From the NCBI GenBank assembly GCA_018816555.1, contig JAHIVT010000091.1:1478-65477 (forward strand): DNA of 64,000 nucleotides. The letters are read 5' to 3'. The first letter of the stretch is position 1; the number at the start of each line of letters is the position of its first letter. Below, piece after piece: positions 49,985-60,889 of this stretch. The translations under genes and the position numbers were made by a program. Origin of the DNA: Pseudomonadota bacterium. GTDB taxonomy: Bacteria > Desulfobacterota > Desulfobulbia > Desulfobulbales > SURF-16. The notes below the pieces were generated by a model. The model was not told the DNA's origin, made no database searches, and worked only from the letters and a program-made list of their open reading frames with translations.

Positions 49985-52087
49985 ATGGCGGACGAAAAAC
50001 AGACAACCTCTGATCTTGATGACTGGCTCGAAGATCTGGACGATTCTGAGGAATTTTCCGGTGAACTTGATCAGGAGAACATTGATGCCCTGCTGAGTGG
50101 CGGCTTAGAATCCGGCGATGTTGAACCGGATGCACAAGAGGCGTCGGCAGACAATGCTTCGGTGGAGCTTGATCAGGCCAATATCGACGCCCTGCTCGGC
50201 GGGGACCAGGATATTGAGAAGAAAGAACCGGCACCGGTGGAAGCTGCCGCTCAGGATGATGCCTTGGTGGAGCTTGATCAGGCCAACATCGATGCCCTGC
50301 TCGGCGGCAGCGGGGATGACGAACCGGCCGAAGCCCCTGATGATAATGTCTCTCTGGAGCTTGACCAGGCCAACATTGATGCCCTGCTCGGCGGTTTGGA
50401 GGAAAGCCCCGGCCAACAGGCTGCTGCCCCTGCGGAACAGGAGGAGGACGTCAGCGATGAACTGGACCAGGCCAATATAGACCTTCTTTTAGGGGCTGAT
50501 GATGACGATTCTCCCCAGTCCGGCGATTTGGGAGAGCTTGATCAGGACAATATTGACGCGCTCCTGCGCGGTGCTGACAAACAGGAAAAAGAGCCTGTTG
50601 CCGGTGACTTCCTGGCAGCCAGCCCAGCCGGAGAGGTTGGTCTTGGCGAAGGGCTGGATGTGGATCAGGATGAAATTGATCAGCTTTTTTCAGGGCTTGA
50701 CGATGATGAGGCTGAAGAGCCGTTCCCGTCCGAGGAGATGGATCTTGCCGATGTGCTGGAGGGCGATGACGATTTTCTGGAGGTGGGCAATGCCGAACAG
50801 GCAAATAATACCGCCTCCGGAGAAACAACAGTGGCCGGTGACATTATTGATGATATGAACCATGAAATACATGCCCATGACCAGGGAACAGGCGGCTTTC
50901 TCCCCTTTCTGCCTGAGTCGATCAACAGGACCGTTGTTGGGGCTGTAGCCGTCTGCCTCGTCCTGGTCATTGTGTCCGGCCTGTTTTTTTTCCGGTCCGG
51001 CAGTAAAAAAGAGCCGGCGATTCCCATACAGAATGGCGAACCGGTGGCGCAGGTGGAGGAGCCGGCACCGCCGCCTGAGGGAGTCAATAATGTTCCGGTG
51101 GTCGGTGACAGCCTGTATGCCATGCCGGAAACCGGAGGGGAAGTACCTGTAACCCTCGTTGCCAAGGATGATGACGGCGATACGATCACCTATGAAGTGA
51201 CCACCCCGCCCCTGTATGGCCGTCTGTCCGGCGATGCGCCTTCGCTGGTTTATCTGCCGAATAACGATTTCCCGGGGGAGGATCGCTTCGAGTACAAGGC
51301 CACGGACGGAAAAGAGAGCAGCGCCCTGGCCAAGGTGATTATTACCGGGCCGAATCTGGCCAAGCTGGCGGAGGAAAAAGAAAAGCAGCGGGCAGAGGCG
51401 GCGAAGATCCCTCTACAGCCAAGCAGGCCTAAGGTCCATGTCAAAAATAAGACCTTTGATACGGCAAGTACCGATAAGGTGACTATAGACATGGCGCGTA
51501 TCTGGCGTGAGGCAAATCACAGTCCCTTCACTGCCAAGATCTATGTCGAAATTGACGATTCCCACCTGAAGGGCAGCCTGAGCAAAGTTGACAATGGCAG
51601 GTACGTCTACCGTCCGGATCCTGACTATAGCGGCAAGGATGTTCTCCAATACCGTTTTAAGCAGGGAGGACTGAGCTCCGACCCGGGCAAGGTGACCATG
51701 CTGGTCAGTCGTGGCGATCTGCCCCCTGATATACGCCTCGGTGAAATGGCCGGCGGCTATATGGTCGGTGAAACCGTGCGCATTGATGCAAGCCCCACCA
51801 GGGACGAGGCCAGAGGCAAGCTGAGTTTCCGCTGGGAGCAGATATCCGGGGTACCGGTGCAGATTAAAAAGAACAATGAGGAAGGATCCGTTATTACCTT
51901 TGCCGTGCCGTCCTCCTTTTATACCTCAGCTGAGCCCGGACCCGTGCTGCGGGTTACGGCAGTGGATGCCGCAGGCCAAAGTGACTCCAGGGATATCAAG
52001 GTGCGGACCATCTCCCGCCGTAATTCGGCACTGTGGGGTATGGCGGATAATGAGGCGTCTCAGGGCAACAGGGTGAGGGTACGCTAG
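49985..52087 (+). CDS. Single-pass membrane protein: acidic cytoplasmic region with 7 LDQxNIDALLGG repeats, TM helix, extracytoplasmic Ig/cadherin-like domains
   Basis: 700 aa. Repeats are listed in the repeat feature. TM helix VVGAVAVCLVLVIVSGLFFF. C-terminal segments resemble cadherin/VCBS-type domains (VTLVAKDDDGDTITYEV...YLPNNDFPGEDRFEYKATDG). Confidence 0.8.
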   Translation: MADEKQTTSDLDDWLEDLDDSEEFSGELDQENIDALLSGGLESGDVEPDAQEASADNASVELDQANIDALLGGDQDIEKKEPAPVEAAAQDDALVELDQANIDALLGGSGDDEPAEAPDDNVSLELDQANIDALLGGLEESPGQQAAAPAEQEEDVSDELDQANIDLLLGADDDDSPQSGDLGELDQDNIDALLRGADKQEKEPVAGDFLAASPAGEVGLGEGLDVDQDEIDQLFSGLDDDEAEEPFPSEEMDLADVLEGDDDFLEVGNAEQANNTASGETTVAGDIIDDMNHEIHAHDQGTGGFLPFLPESINRTVVGAVAVCLVLVIVSGLFFFRSGSKKEPAIPIQNGEPVAQVEEPAPPPEGVNNVPVVGDSLYAMPETGGEVPVTLVAKDDDGDTITYEVTTPPLYGRLSGDAPSLVYLPNNDFPGEDRFEYKATDGKESSALAKVIITGPNLAKLAEEKEKQRAEAAKIPLQPSRPKVHVKNKTFDTASTDKVTIDMARIWREANHSPFTAKIYVEIDDSHLKGSLSKVDNGRYVYRPDPDYSGKDVLQYRFKQGGLSSDPGKVTMLVSRGDLPPDIRLGEMAGGYMVGETVRIDASPTRDEARGKLSFRWEQISGVPVQIKKNNEEGSVITFAVPSSFYTSAEPGPVLRVTAVDAAGQSDSRDIKVRTISRRNSALWGMADNEASQGNRVRVR
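50063..50698 (+). repeat. Seven in-frame tandem repeats encoding (V/L)ELDQ(A/E/D)NIDALLGG separated by acidic linkers
   Basis: Peptide copies ELDQENIDALLSG, ELDQANIDALLGG (x3), ELDQANIDLLLGA, ELDQDNIDALLRG and VDQDEIDQLFSG. The nucleotide-level repeat GAGCTTGATCAGGCCAA(C/T)ATCGA(C/T)GCCCTGCTCGGCGG is visible. Confidence 0.9.
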
Positions 52088-52097
52088 CAAACGGCTT

Positions 52098-52751
52098 CTA
52101 CCAGCGGCTTTTCAGGGCTGCCACCGTCTCCCGGTAGTCGCCGGAGAAAACCGCGGAACCGGCCACAAAGATATTGGCTCCGGCGGCGGAGATGGCACTG
52201 ATGGTATCAGGACTTACTCCGCCGTCAATTTCAATGCCTGTCTTCAGACCGAGCTCGTCGATGCGCGCCTTCAAGGCGCGTATTTTATCCAGGGTGGAGG
52301 GAATGAAGGACTGGCCGCCGAAGCCCGGATTGACACTCATCAGCATCACCAGATCAACATCTTCGAGGATGTAGTCAAGGGTTGACAGCGAGGTGGCGGG
52401 GTTCAGCACAACCCCGGCCTTTTTACCGAGCTTTTTGATGTGCTGGATGGTGCGGTGCAGATGGGTGCAGGCCTCAACATGGACGGTGATCCAGTCCGCT
52501 CCGGCGTCGGCAAAGGCATCAAGGTAGCGATCGGCATCACTGATCATCAGATGCACGTCCAGCGGGTGCCGGCAGATTTTCCGCACCGCCGACACCACCA
52601 GCGGCCCGATGGTGATATTGGGCACAAAATGGCCGTCCATGACGTCCACATGGATGACATCGGCGCCGGCCTTGATCACGTCTGTAATTTCTTCCCCCAG
52701 TCGGGCAAAATCGGCGGAAAGGATCGAGGGGGCAAGCATTTTCTTCTGCAT
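52098..52751 (-). CDS. rpe: Ribulose-phosphate 3-epimerase
   Basis: 217 aa. Motifs PSILSADF, HVDVMDGHFVPN and VNPGFGGQ. Confidence 0.95.
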   Translation of the reverse strand: MQKKMLAPSILSADFARLGEEITDVIKAGADVIHVDVMDGHFVPNITIGPLVVSAVRKICRHPLDVHLMISDADRYLDAFADAGADWITVHVEACTHLHRTIQHIKKLGKKAGVVLNPATSLSTLDYILEDVDLVMLMSVNPGFGGQSFIPSTLDKIRALKARIDELGLKTGIEIDGGVSPDTISAISAAGANIFVAGSAVFSGDYRETVAALKSRW

Positions 52752-52801
52752 GAAAATAATTCCTTGTTCAAGCGCTCAAGCGTTTAAGCGTTGGAACGTT
52801 C

Positions 52802-55465
52802 TTATTTAGCTCCGACGGTGACCATGACATAATGGTCGGGCTGTATGTAGCGGCGGGCCACCTCAAGCACCCTCTGTCCGTCAATTTTGTCAATCTCATC
52901 GATGTAACGGTTGCCGTAATCCTGTCCCAGGCCGTACGTCTCGTTCAAGCCCATTTCCATGGCCTGGGCTCCATGGGTTTGCAGCCCCAGCTCATACTGG
53001 CTGATCAGCAGATTTTTGGCCTTGGTCAGTTCCTCGTCACTCACCTTTTCCTCCTGGATCAGATAGAGTTCTTTCCACAGCGCCTTAATTACTTCATCTC
53101 TTTTGTCAGGGCTGGTGCCGATATAAATGCCGAACGAGCCCGTCTCAAGCCCGAACAGGCCGAAGGCGGAAAGGTTGTAGGCCAGGCTCTGCTTGTCGCG
53201 CAGCTCGTTGAAGAGCCTGCCGCTCTGGCCGCTTAAGACGGTCTCGATGATTTCCAGGGGATATCTGTCTTCGCTGGACAGTGGTACGCCGAGAAAACCG
53301 ATGACGATATGCACCTGTTCCTTGTCCCGTTCCACCGAGAAGAATTCCGGGCGGGCCGGGGGGGGCGGGGGTAGGAAATTTTCCTGTACCATATCGTTGT
53401 TTGCTGCCGGGTTGGCCCAGCCGCCGAAATATTTATCCACCAGCTCCTGGACCTCGCCGGCCTTGACATCACCGGCAACCGCCAGCACCATCTTTTCCGG
53501 AATGGCGTGCTCTTTGTAGATTTTTTTCAGATTGACCGTGGTGAAGTTTTTGATGGCCGTTTCCGAACCGGAGTTATTCAGGGCATATGGGTGTCCCTGA
53601 AAGAGCAGGCGGTTAAATTCCCTGAAGCTCAGCGAGGGCAGTGAATCATCCTGCTGCTTGAGCTGGGCCAGGAGTTCCGGTCGGATTTTTTCCGCCTCCG
53701 CCTCATCAAAGGCCGGGGTGATGATAATGTCCCGGAAGAGTCTGAGGCCGTCGTCAAAAAAACGGGCCAGAAAATCCGCCTTGAGGCCGAAGGTGTTCTT
53801 ACCGTTGAAGCCGGAGACGGAGCCTGCCATTTCGGCTATCGTCAGGGCAAGCTCCCGGGAGGACAGCTTTTCGGTGCCGGTGGGCTGCAGCTCGCTGATA
53901 AAGGCAAATGCGCCGTTGGTGGCTTCGGTTTCACTGCGCAGGCCGCCGGGAAAGATGGCCCGCATGGAAACGGTGGGGATGCTGTGGTCCTCCCGCACCA
54001 GCAGGGTGATGCCGTTTGTCAGTTGGAAACGGTGCACGTCATTGAGGTAGGAGTTGGTAATCAAAGAGGGGGGCACACTGTTTTTGGCAGCCTCTTCCGC
54101 CTTGGCGATGATCTGGACAAACATCTCGAGGTTGAGCTCCATGGTGGCATCCAGGGGCAGCAGACAGCCGGCGGAGATGTTTCTGGTGGTAAAATATTTT
54201 TGGGCAACGCGCATGACGTCGTCAGCACTTACCGTACGAACCTTGGTCAGGTATTCGTCCTCCCGCGGATCACCGGTGAGAAATTCAAAAGATCCCAGGG
54301 TGCGGGCCTGCCCCTCAGCCCGTTCCAGGTTGAAGACAAAGTCGCTTTCCAGGTTGCGTTTCACCCGGTTGAGCTCTCCCTCGCTGACCCGCAGGTATTT
54401 GAGTCGGAAAAATTCTTCCAGCATCGCCTCCATGGCTTCGGGAAGTTTGGCGGCATCAAGGGTAGCGGTGGCCTCCATCAGCCCTTTGTCCTTAGGGGTA
54501 AAGGCTGCGGCGCTGACCCGATAGACCAGTCGCTTTTCATTGCGCAGTTCATTAAAGAGCCGGGATGCCTCACCCTGGCCGAGTATGGCGGCAATGACAT
54601 CGAGCACCGGGGTGTCTGAATGGACAAAGGGCGTAACGGGAAAGGCCAGGGCCAGATGGGTCTGGTTGATGTCGCCTTTCTGCTGGAAAAAGCGGGGAGC
54701 ATCCTGGTCCGTTTCCTGGGGCAGGGGGGGCTGAACATGATCGCCCTCTTCAATGTCTCCCATGAGATTCTTCACCGCGCTCAGAACATCGGCGTAGCGC
54801 ACGTCGCCCACCACCACCACGGTGAAGTTCTCGGCATGATAATGGTCTTGCATATACTTGAGAATATCTTCCCTGGTAAAGCCCGTGACGCTCTCAACCG
54901 TGCCGATGATCGGCAGCCGGTAGGGATGGACGGTGTAGGCCGTGGTCATCAGCTGCTCGAAGAGCTTGGTCTCCGGCCTGTCGTTGCGCATGCGGATCTC
55001 TTCCAGAATCACCTTTTTTTCCCGTTCCAGCTCTTCAGGGTCAAATGTTGAGTGGCGCAGGGCTTCATTGAGCACATCCAGGCCCCTTTCCCAGAAACGA
55101 GCGGAGAGGGTGGCATGGTACACCGTGTATTCATAGGAGGTATAGGCATTGATGCGGCCGCCGACCTCTTCGATGTCGCCGGCGATTCTGCCCAGTCCCC
55201 TGGTGGGGGTTCCCTTGAAGATCATGTGTTCGATCAGGTGGGTGATACCTGCTTCGTTTGTGTCTTCGTAAATGCTGCCGGCCTTCACCCAGATCTGTAC
55301 GGTGGCGACCTTGGTCCCCGGCGTCTCTTTGACAAGGACCGTCAGTTTATTGGGGAGTGTTTCCTTGTAAAGATGTGATGAAAGTTCTTTGGCACTGGTT
55401 GTATGTGTTGTCATAGTGATGGCAGTAAGTAGTAAAATCAGTAAAAAGAAAGGTCGTAATTTCAT
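52802..55465 (-). CDS. M16 family (pitrilysin-like) zinc peptidase, double-unit
   Basis: 887 aa with a signal peptide. Inverted zinc motif HLIEHMIFKG (HxxEH) in the first unit. The second M16 unit lacks the motif. Confidence 0.9.
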   Translation of the reverse strand: MKLRPFFLLILLLTAITMTTHTTSAKELSSHLYKETLPNKLTVLVKETPGTKVATVQIWVKAGSIYEDTNEAGITHLIEHMIFKGTPTRGLGRIAGDIEEVGGRINAYTSYEYTVYHATLSARFWERGLDVLNEALRHSTFDPEELEREKKVILEEIRMRNDRPETKLFEQLMTTAYTVHPYRLPIIGTVESVTGFTREDILKYMQDHYHAENFTVVVVGDVRYADVLSAVKNLMGDIEEGDHVQPPLPQETDQDAPRFFQQKGDINQTHLALAFPVTPFVHSDTPVLDVIAAILGQGEASRLFNELRNEKRLVYRVSAAAFTPKDKGLMEATATLDAAKLPEAMEAMLEEFFRLKYLRVSEGELNRVKRNLESDFVFNLERAEGQARTLGSFEFLTGDPREDEYLTKVRTVSADDVMRVAQKYFTTRNISAGCLLPLDATMELNLEMFVQIIAKAEEAAKNSVPPSLITNSYLNDVHRFQLTNGITLLVREDHSIPTVSMRAIFPGGLRSETEATNGAFAFISELQPTGTEKLSSRELALTIAEMAGSVSGFNGKNTFGLKADFLARFFDDGLRLFRDIIITPAFDEAEAEKIRPELLAQLKQQDDSLPSLSFREFNRLLFQGHPYALNNSGSETAIKNFTTVNLKKIYKEHAIPEKMVLAVAGDVKAGEVQELVDKYFGGWANPAANNDMVQENFLPPPPPARPEFFSVERDKEQVHIVIGFLGVPLSSEDRYPLEIIETVLSGQSGRLFNELRDKQSLAYNLSAFGLFGLETGSFGIYIGTSPDKRDEVIKALWKELYLIQEEKVSDEELTKAKNLLISQYELGLQTHGAQAMEMGLNETYGLGQDYGNRYIDEIDKIDGQRVLEVARRYIQPDHYVMVTVGAK

Positions 55466-55479
55466 GGGAGCTGTCCACG

Positions 55480-56274
55480 TTACACGTTAGATTCGTTTTT
55501 TACGTTAAAATAGAGAATTAATCCAGCACAAATCATTACAGCGCTTAAAAGCTGTCCCCGGGTGATAAATCCTGCCAGAAAGCCGATCTGGGCGTCCGGC
55601 TGGCGGAAGAACTCGCTGAAGATACGGAAAAAGCCGTAGAACACGAGAAAGGCGGCAAGCATGGTGCCGTGGGCCCAGCGGCGTCGGTATTTCTCGGTTT
55701 TCAGCCGCCAGAGAATGACAAACAGCACTACCCCCTCCAGCAGGGCCTCATACAGTTGGGAAGGATGACGGGCAAGAGGTCCGGCCCCCGGGAAAACCAT
55801 GGCCCAGGGCACGTCGCTTACCCGGCCGAACAGTTCGGCATTGATGAAATTGCCGAGGCGGCCCAAACCTAATCCAACAGGAGTCGTTACTACGTAGATG
55901 TCTGCCGTCTCCAGAAAGTTCAGCCCTTTTTTGCGGCAGTAGAGATAGCCGGCCAGCACCAGGGCGATGACGGCGCCATGAAAGGACATGCCGCCATGCC
56001 AGGTTGCGAAGATTTCCAGCGGATGCTCCAGGTAATAGGGAAAATTATAAAAAAAGACATAACCCAACCTGCCGCCCAGCACCAGGCTGATGATCAGCAC
56101 AAAGTTGAGGTTTTCAAATTCAACGGCCAGTTTTTGAAGCCGAAATTTGCTTATCTGATGGCGAACCAGAAAGTAGGAGCCGCAGAAACCAAGAACATAC
56201 ATCAGGCCGTACCAGCGCACCTGCAGCGGCCCCAGTTTGAATAAAACAGGATCTATTTTCGGAAAAGAAAGCAT
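55480..56274 (-). CDS. lgt: Prolipoprotein diacylglyceryl transferase
   Basis: 264 aa, multi-TM. Motifs RWYGLMY, GGRLGY, HGGMSFHGA and GR.GNFIN.EL.GR. Confidence 0.93.
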   Translation of the reverse strand: MLSFPKIDPVLFKLGPLQVRWYGLMYVLGFCGSYFLVRHQISKFRLQKLAVEFENLNFVLIISLVLGGRLGYVFFYNFPYYLEHPLEIFATWHGGMSFHGAVIALVLAGYLYCRKKGLNFLETADIYVVTTPVGLGLGRLGNFINAELFGRVSDVPWAMVFPGAGPLARHPSQLYEALLEGVVLFVILWRLKTEKYRRRWAHGTMLAAFLVFYGFFRIFSEFFRQPDAQIGFLAGFITRGQLLSAVMICAGLILYFNVKNESNV

Positions 56275-56767
56275 ACGGCCATTAAACCTGAGAAATTTTG
56301 CTTGTCAAGTGATTGCGTGAGGTGGAACTGAGATGAGTGGTTGTTGATATTGAAAAAAATTCCCTCCTTCCTTAAATTTCTTTTCATTTTTTCCGTAAAT
56401 GAATATCATTTCAATGAAAAGATAGTTTTTCCGTCTGTAATCACAGGGTATTTCTCCTGTTCCATTTCAGCCCTTATATGCTGAGGGTTTTGCCATGGGG
56501 AACTGCTCCGTCCCCTCATTGATCGCCTCTGCTGCACAGCGGTCTGCTGCGGGTTTTCCCTGCAAAACAAAGCTTTTATTAATATGCCAGGGTTCCCGCG
56601 AATTTTTTCTTTGGGCAATATCTTCAGTGATGCAGGGGTATTTTTTGGCGGTAGAGAAGCATCTGCAGAAAATGAACTTGGCCGCGGCCGTTTTTGCAGG
56701 GTGTAACCGATGTCAAGGCAATCGATCCAAACGGCAGGAAGAAAGTAATCATTGATTTGATAAGCCT

Positions 56768-59700
56768 ATGAAAGCGAAAAAAATATTTACCAAAACAACC
56801 GCAAGTATCATCGCCAGTACTTTGGTTATCATTGCCATCATCTATGTGTCCTATCTGTCCCATGAGAATTTCAGGACAACCGTTGTTTCCCAGATGGAGC
56901 AGCAGTTGCAGGCAACCAATGAAGCAACTGCCAGGGGAATGGAAGAATACCTTGCCGAGCACCTTGAAATCCTTAAAGCCTTTGCCAGAGATCCCTATCT
57001 GCAACAAAGAATTATTGATCAGTCAGCTACGGGGCAAATGTTGGAAGGTGAATATTGCCCCATTGAAAATTTTTATAAAATCCACAGAAGCGAGATTTAT
57101 GGGCTCACCGTCTTTGATGCCAAGGGTGTTTTACTGCACAGTCATCCGCCCGTGGAGAACGGTGTCGGACTCAGTCACGCTGGTAAGGCGGACATTGCCT
57201 ATGTGATCAATGAGCACCGCGCGCACATCAGCGCAACGTTTTTAAACGACCGGGGCAATCTCTCTATTTCCGTGTCAGAGCCGATCTTCGCCCGGGAGAA
57301 CTTTATAGGTATAGTCAGGTGGGTGATTGAAATTGATACCCTCGCCAGGCGTTTTATCACCCCGATCAAGGTCGGCCGCAACGGCTTTGCCTGGATGTTT
57401 GATGATCAGCATACAATTCTATCCTATCCGCGCAGAGAGTTTGTCGGCATTACTGTGTTGGATGTCATCAGAAGAATGCACGTGGAAAGAGGAGAAATTT
57501 TTAACGAAAACAGGACAAAAGAGCATATCAAAGAGGAGCATGATTATCTGAACCGGGTGGAAACAGAACAACAGGGAACCGGCATCTACACGAATTGCCT
57601 CACAGACCAGAATGACCTGGTCGCCTTCTGGCGGATTCCCATTGGCCAGGCACACTGGAACCTGATATTGACCCTGCCCTACGCGGAAATTGCCGGCCCG
57701 ATCAACCGGCATGCCAGAAATACCACCCTGCTGGCAGGGCTGTTGGTGCTCTTTCTGGGAACCGGCGGGGGCATGCTGTTCAGGAGTCAGAAACGACAGG
57801 CTGAGCTTGAAATAGAAGCCAGGTATCTGCAGGAGATCGCCAGCGGAGCAGAGGCCCTGCGGGAGAGTGAGCAGAAACTGTCCGGCGTGATTGAGTCGGT
57901 GCCGGATTACATGTGCATGGTGGATCAGCAGTTCAACATTGTCTGGGTCAACGAAAATTCCGAGTCTGTTTTCGGGGCGGATATCATCGGCAGGAAGTGC
58001 TTTGCCGTTTATCAGGGACGGAGTGAGGTGTGTGCTCCATGTATCGTCAATCAATGTTTTTATGACGGCAGAATCCACGAATTTGAAACGGAAATCGCCA
58101 TCAACGGCAGGCCGACGAATTTCTGGTGTATCGCCAATGTTGCCGCACGGGATGAACATGGCAAGCCGAAGATGGTGGTGGAGCTGCTGCGCGATGTCAC
58201 GCACCGCAAACGGGCCGAATTGGAAGTCAAGGCGAGTGAGGAGCGATACCGCAAACTCTTTGAAGAGGCCCGGGACGGCATATTTCTCGCTGAGGTGGAA
58301 ACCGGTATCATTGTTGACTGCAACCAGGAGGCCGCCAGGCTGGTGGGCAGAGAGAAATACGAATTAATCGGCCAACACCAGACAATCCTGCACTCTCCGG
58401 ATCGCATTACCGATACTTTTTCTCAAACCTTCAAAGCTCATATCGCGGACAGTGAGGGAAGGATTCTGGAAGAGGAGATTATCACCAGCAGCGGTGCAAT
58501 AAAGATCGTTGCCATCAAGGCCAGCCTGCTTAATATCGGCGGCAAAAAGTATCTGCAGGGCATGTTTCGCGACATCACCGAACTCAAACGGGCGGAGGAG
58601 AAGCTGCGGGAGAGCGAGAAAAATCACCGGGAAATCCTGGATGCCATGGGAGACTGGATCCATGTGGTGGACCAGGATCTGAAAATCGTCATGTGCAACT
58701 CCGCCTTTATGCGCATGAACAGGGAGTTGGGACTGGCCGAGGAAGTGATCGGCCGCACTCCCATGGAAATTTTTCCGTTTCTACCGGGAAAAATTGTCGA
58801 TGAATACCGCTGGGTCTTTGACAATAATAAGGTCCTGGTCACCCAGGAAAGCTCAAAAATCGGCGACAGGGAATTTGTCACCGAATCCCGCAAGATACCT
58901 CTGGTGGAAGACGGCAGGGTTGTCCGGGTGATTTCGCTTATCCGTGATATGACCGAGCAGAAGCGTTTCGAGGTGCAGTTCTATCAAGCGCAGAAAATGG
59001 AGTCCATCGGCACCCTGGCAGGAGGCGTGGCCCATGACTTTAATAATCTGCTGATGGGTATCCAGGGCAGAAATTCTCTGATGCTGATGGATCTCGATTC
59101 CGCTCATCCGCACTATGGACATTTAAAGGTGATCGAAAGTATTGTCTGGCGGGCGGCGGAGTTGACCAAGCAGCTTCTCGGTTTTGCCAGGGGAGGGAAA
59201 TATGAGGTTAAACCTGTCAATTTGAATGAAATTATCAAGGTGCAGAATCATCTGTTCGGCCGCACCAAGAAAGAGATCACCATTCATGAAAAATATGCAA
59301 AGGATCTCTGGACCGTGGAAGCCGATCAGGGGCAGATCGAGCAGGTGATGTTGAATCTGTACATCAATGCCTGGCAGGCCATGCCCAATGGCGGTGATCT
59401 TTTTGTGCAGACGGAAAATGTCGCCTTAGATGAAGAGTACCTGCGGCCCTATGCCGTGAAGCCCGGCAACTATGTCAAGATATCGGTGACCGATACCGGA
59501 GTGGGCATCGATGAAGCCATTCAGCAGAAGATATTTGACCCGTTCTTTACCACCAAGGAAATGGGCAGAGGAACAGGATTAGGTCTGGCCTCGGTATATG
59601 GCATTATCAAGAATCATGGCGGGATCATCAATGTTTACAGTGTCAAAGGGCACGGTACCACCTTCAACATCTATCTGCTGGCCTCGGGGAAGGATGTTGT

Positions 59701-60118
59701 TGAGGAAAAGAAGCTGTCAAATGAGGTGTTGCCAGGAGATGGGACTGTGCTGCTTGTTGATGATGAGCAGTTGATCATCGATGTCGGCACCGAGATCCTC
59801 AAGAGCCTGGGATATGAGGTGTTAACCGCCCGCAGCGGAAAAGAGGCGCTGGATATATACTCTAACAACCGGGACAGGATCGACATTGTCCTGTTGGATC
59901 TGGTCATGCCCGGCATGAGCGGTGGTGACACCTTCGCCGGATTAAAAGAAATGAATCCTGATGTACGGGTTCTTCTTTCCAGCGGCTACAGCATTAATGG
60001 TCAGGCTTCCTTCTTGCTGAAGAAGGGCTGCAACGGATTTATTCAAAAACCTTATAATATGAAAGATCTATCCCAGAAAATTCATGAAATTCTGACAAGG
60101 GAGCCTCTTGCAAAATGA
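56768..60118 (+). CDS. Hybrid sensor histidine kinase (Cache-like sensor, multiple PAS, HisKA-HATPase, receiver)
   Basis: 1116 aa. N-terminal TM, periplasmic Cache-like region and a second TM, then three PAS-like modules. H-box [12 protein letters not shown] boxes ([22 protein letters not shown]), and receiver VLLVDDE...DLVMPGMSG. Confidence 0.9.
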   Translation: MKAKKIFTKTTASIIASTLVIIAIIYVSYLSHENFRTTVVSQMEQQLQATNEATARGMEEYLAEHLEILKAFARDPYLQQRIIDQSATGQMLEGEYCPIENFYKIHRSEIYGLTVFDAKGVLLHSHPPVENGVGLSHAGKADIAYVINEHRAHISATFLNDRGNLSISVSEPIFARENFIGIVRWVIEIDTLARRFITPIKVGRNGFAWMFDDQHTILSYPRREFVGITVLDVIRRMHVERGEIFNENRTKEHIKEEHDYLNRVETEQQGTGIYTNCLTDQNDLVAFWRIPIGQAHWNLILTLPYAEIAGPINRHARNTTLLAGLLVLFLGTGGGMLFRSQKRQAELEIEARYLQEIASGAEALRESEQKLSGVIESVPDYMCMVDQQFNIVWVNENSESVFGADIIGRKCFAVYQGRSEVCAPCIVNQCFYDGRIHEFETEIAINGRPTNFWCIANVAARDEHGKPKMVVELLRDVTHRKRAELEVKASEERYRKLFEEARDGIFLAEVETGIIVDCNQEAARLVGREKYELIGQHQTILHSPDRITDTFSQTFKAHIADSEGRILEEEIITSSGAIKIVAIKASLLNIGGKKYLQGMFRDITELKRAEEKLRESEKNHREILDAMGDWIHVVDQDLKIVMCNSAFMRMNRELGLAEEVIGRTPMEIFPFLPGKIVDEYRWVFDNNKVLVTQESSKIGDREFVTESRKIPLVEDGRVVRVISLIRDMTEQKRFEVQFYQAQKMESIGTLAGGVAHDFNNLLMGIQGRNSLMLMDLDSAHPHYGHLKVIESIVWRAAELTKQLLGFARGGKYEVKPVNLNEIIKVQNHLFGRTKKEITIHEKYAKDLWTVEADQGQIEQVMLNLYINAWQAMPNGGDLFVQTENVALDEEYLRPYAVKPGNYVKISVTDTGVGIDEAIQQKIFDPFFTTKEMGRGTGLGLASVYGIIKNHGGIINVYSVKGHGTTFNIYLLASGKDVVEEKKLSNEVLPGDGTVLLVDDEQLIIDVGTEILKSLGYEVLTARSGKEALDIYSNNRDRIDIVLLDLVMPGMSGGDTFAGLKEMNPDVRVLLSSGYSINGQASFLLKKGCNGFIQKPYNMKDLSQKIHEILTREPLAK

Positions 60119-60277
60119 ACATCTACTCCGATCGGCTAAAAATATCCTGTGCGGCGTCTTCCTGGTGAAATCGTCCTCAACGGAGCACTGCTACGCTTCC
60201 GGGCGGTTTCATAACTCATCCTTGCACAGAAAATTTTTCTCTCGATCTCGCTACGACGTTCATTTTGCAAGAGGCTC
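60101..60277. mobile_element. MITE-like element: perfect 20-bp terminal inverted repeats flanked by AAGG direct repeats
   Basis: GAGCCTCTTGCAAAATGAAC (60101-60120) is the exact reverse complement of 60258-60277. AAGG lies immediately outside both ends (60097-60100 and 60278-81). The element supplies the last 5 codons and the stop of the kinase. Confidence 0.45.
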
Positions 60278-60889
60278 AAGGGAAAAGATGTAAAAATTGA
60301 ATCCGGGTTGGTAAAGGACCGCTGACCAGTCTGTCTGCCAAGCCACCACCGTCCCCTTTCCTTTTCTGTTTGGCGGCCGTTCCTGCCGCCTGTATCTGCA
60401 GGGAGTCATTTTTGTTCCCGGTTAGGGCGGAAATCCTCCCCTGTTTCGCCGCTCTTCCGCCGGTAGCGTCATATCCAGGGCGGTAACGAGTTTTTCCCTG
60501 ATTGGGCTGCTGGAGAAAAACAGGATAAAAGGGGAATGTAGTTTTTGACAGTCCTCTCACCCCATGTTAAATAATTTGCCCATGCCTCGACGAGCTCGGT
60601 CAGTCCTGTAAGATTCCCACGTCCTCTTTTTTGACTGTATCGATTTATGCCCCTTGAGGGTAAAAAACCCTCTCGACAGCCGTACAGTGCATGATAAGTT
60701 TTTGATTTGTCGTCACAAAAATTCGGTGCCGGGACAGGGGCATAAATACGAAGCCATCAATGTCAACGCGGCCGTATCCTGCAGGTGGTCTCTGCCGGGG
60801 ATAAAGACTTTCACGGTGATCCGGATTATCCGGTTTTGCCGGGCAAATGAGAGGCGTGGTGTGGTAATAAAGAGGAAGGTTTGAGGAAA

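Noticed and set aside
50063-50698. Periodic nucleotide repeats as a CRISPR array or VNTR
   Set aside because: The repeats are in frame inside a long ORF, encode a conserved peptide motif and have variable-length coding linkers. They are not a repeat-spacer architecture.
57419-58204. 261-aa minus-strand ORF
   Set aside because: It is antisense to the PAS region of the hybrid kinase.
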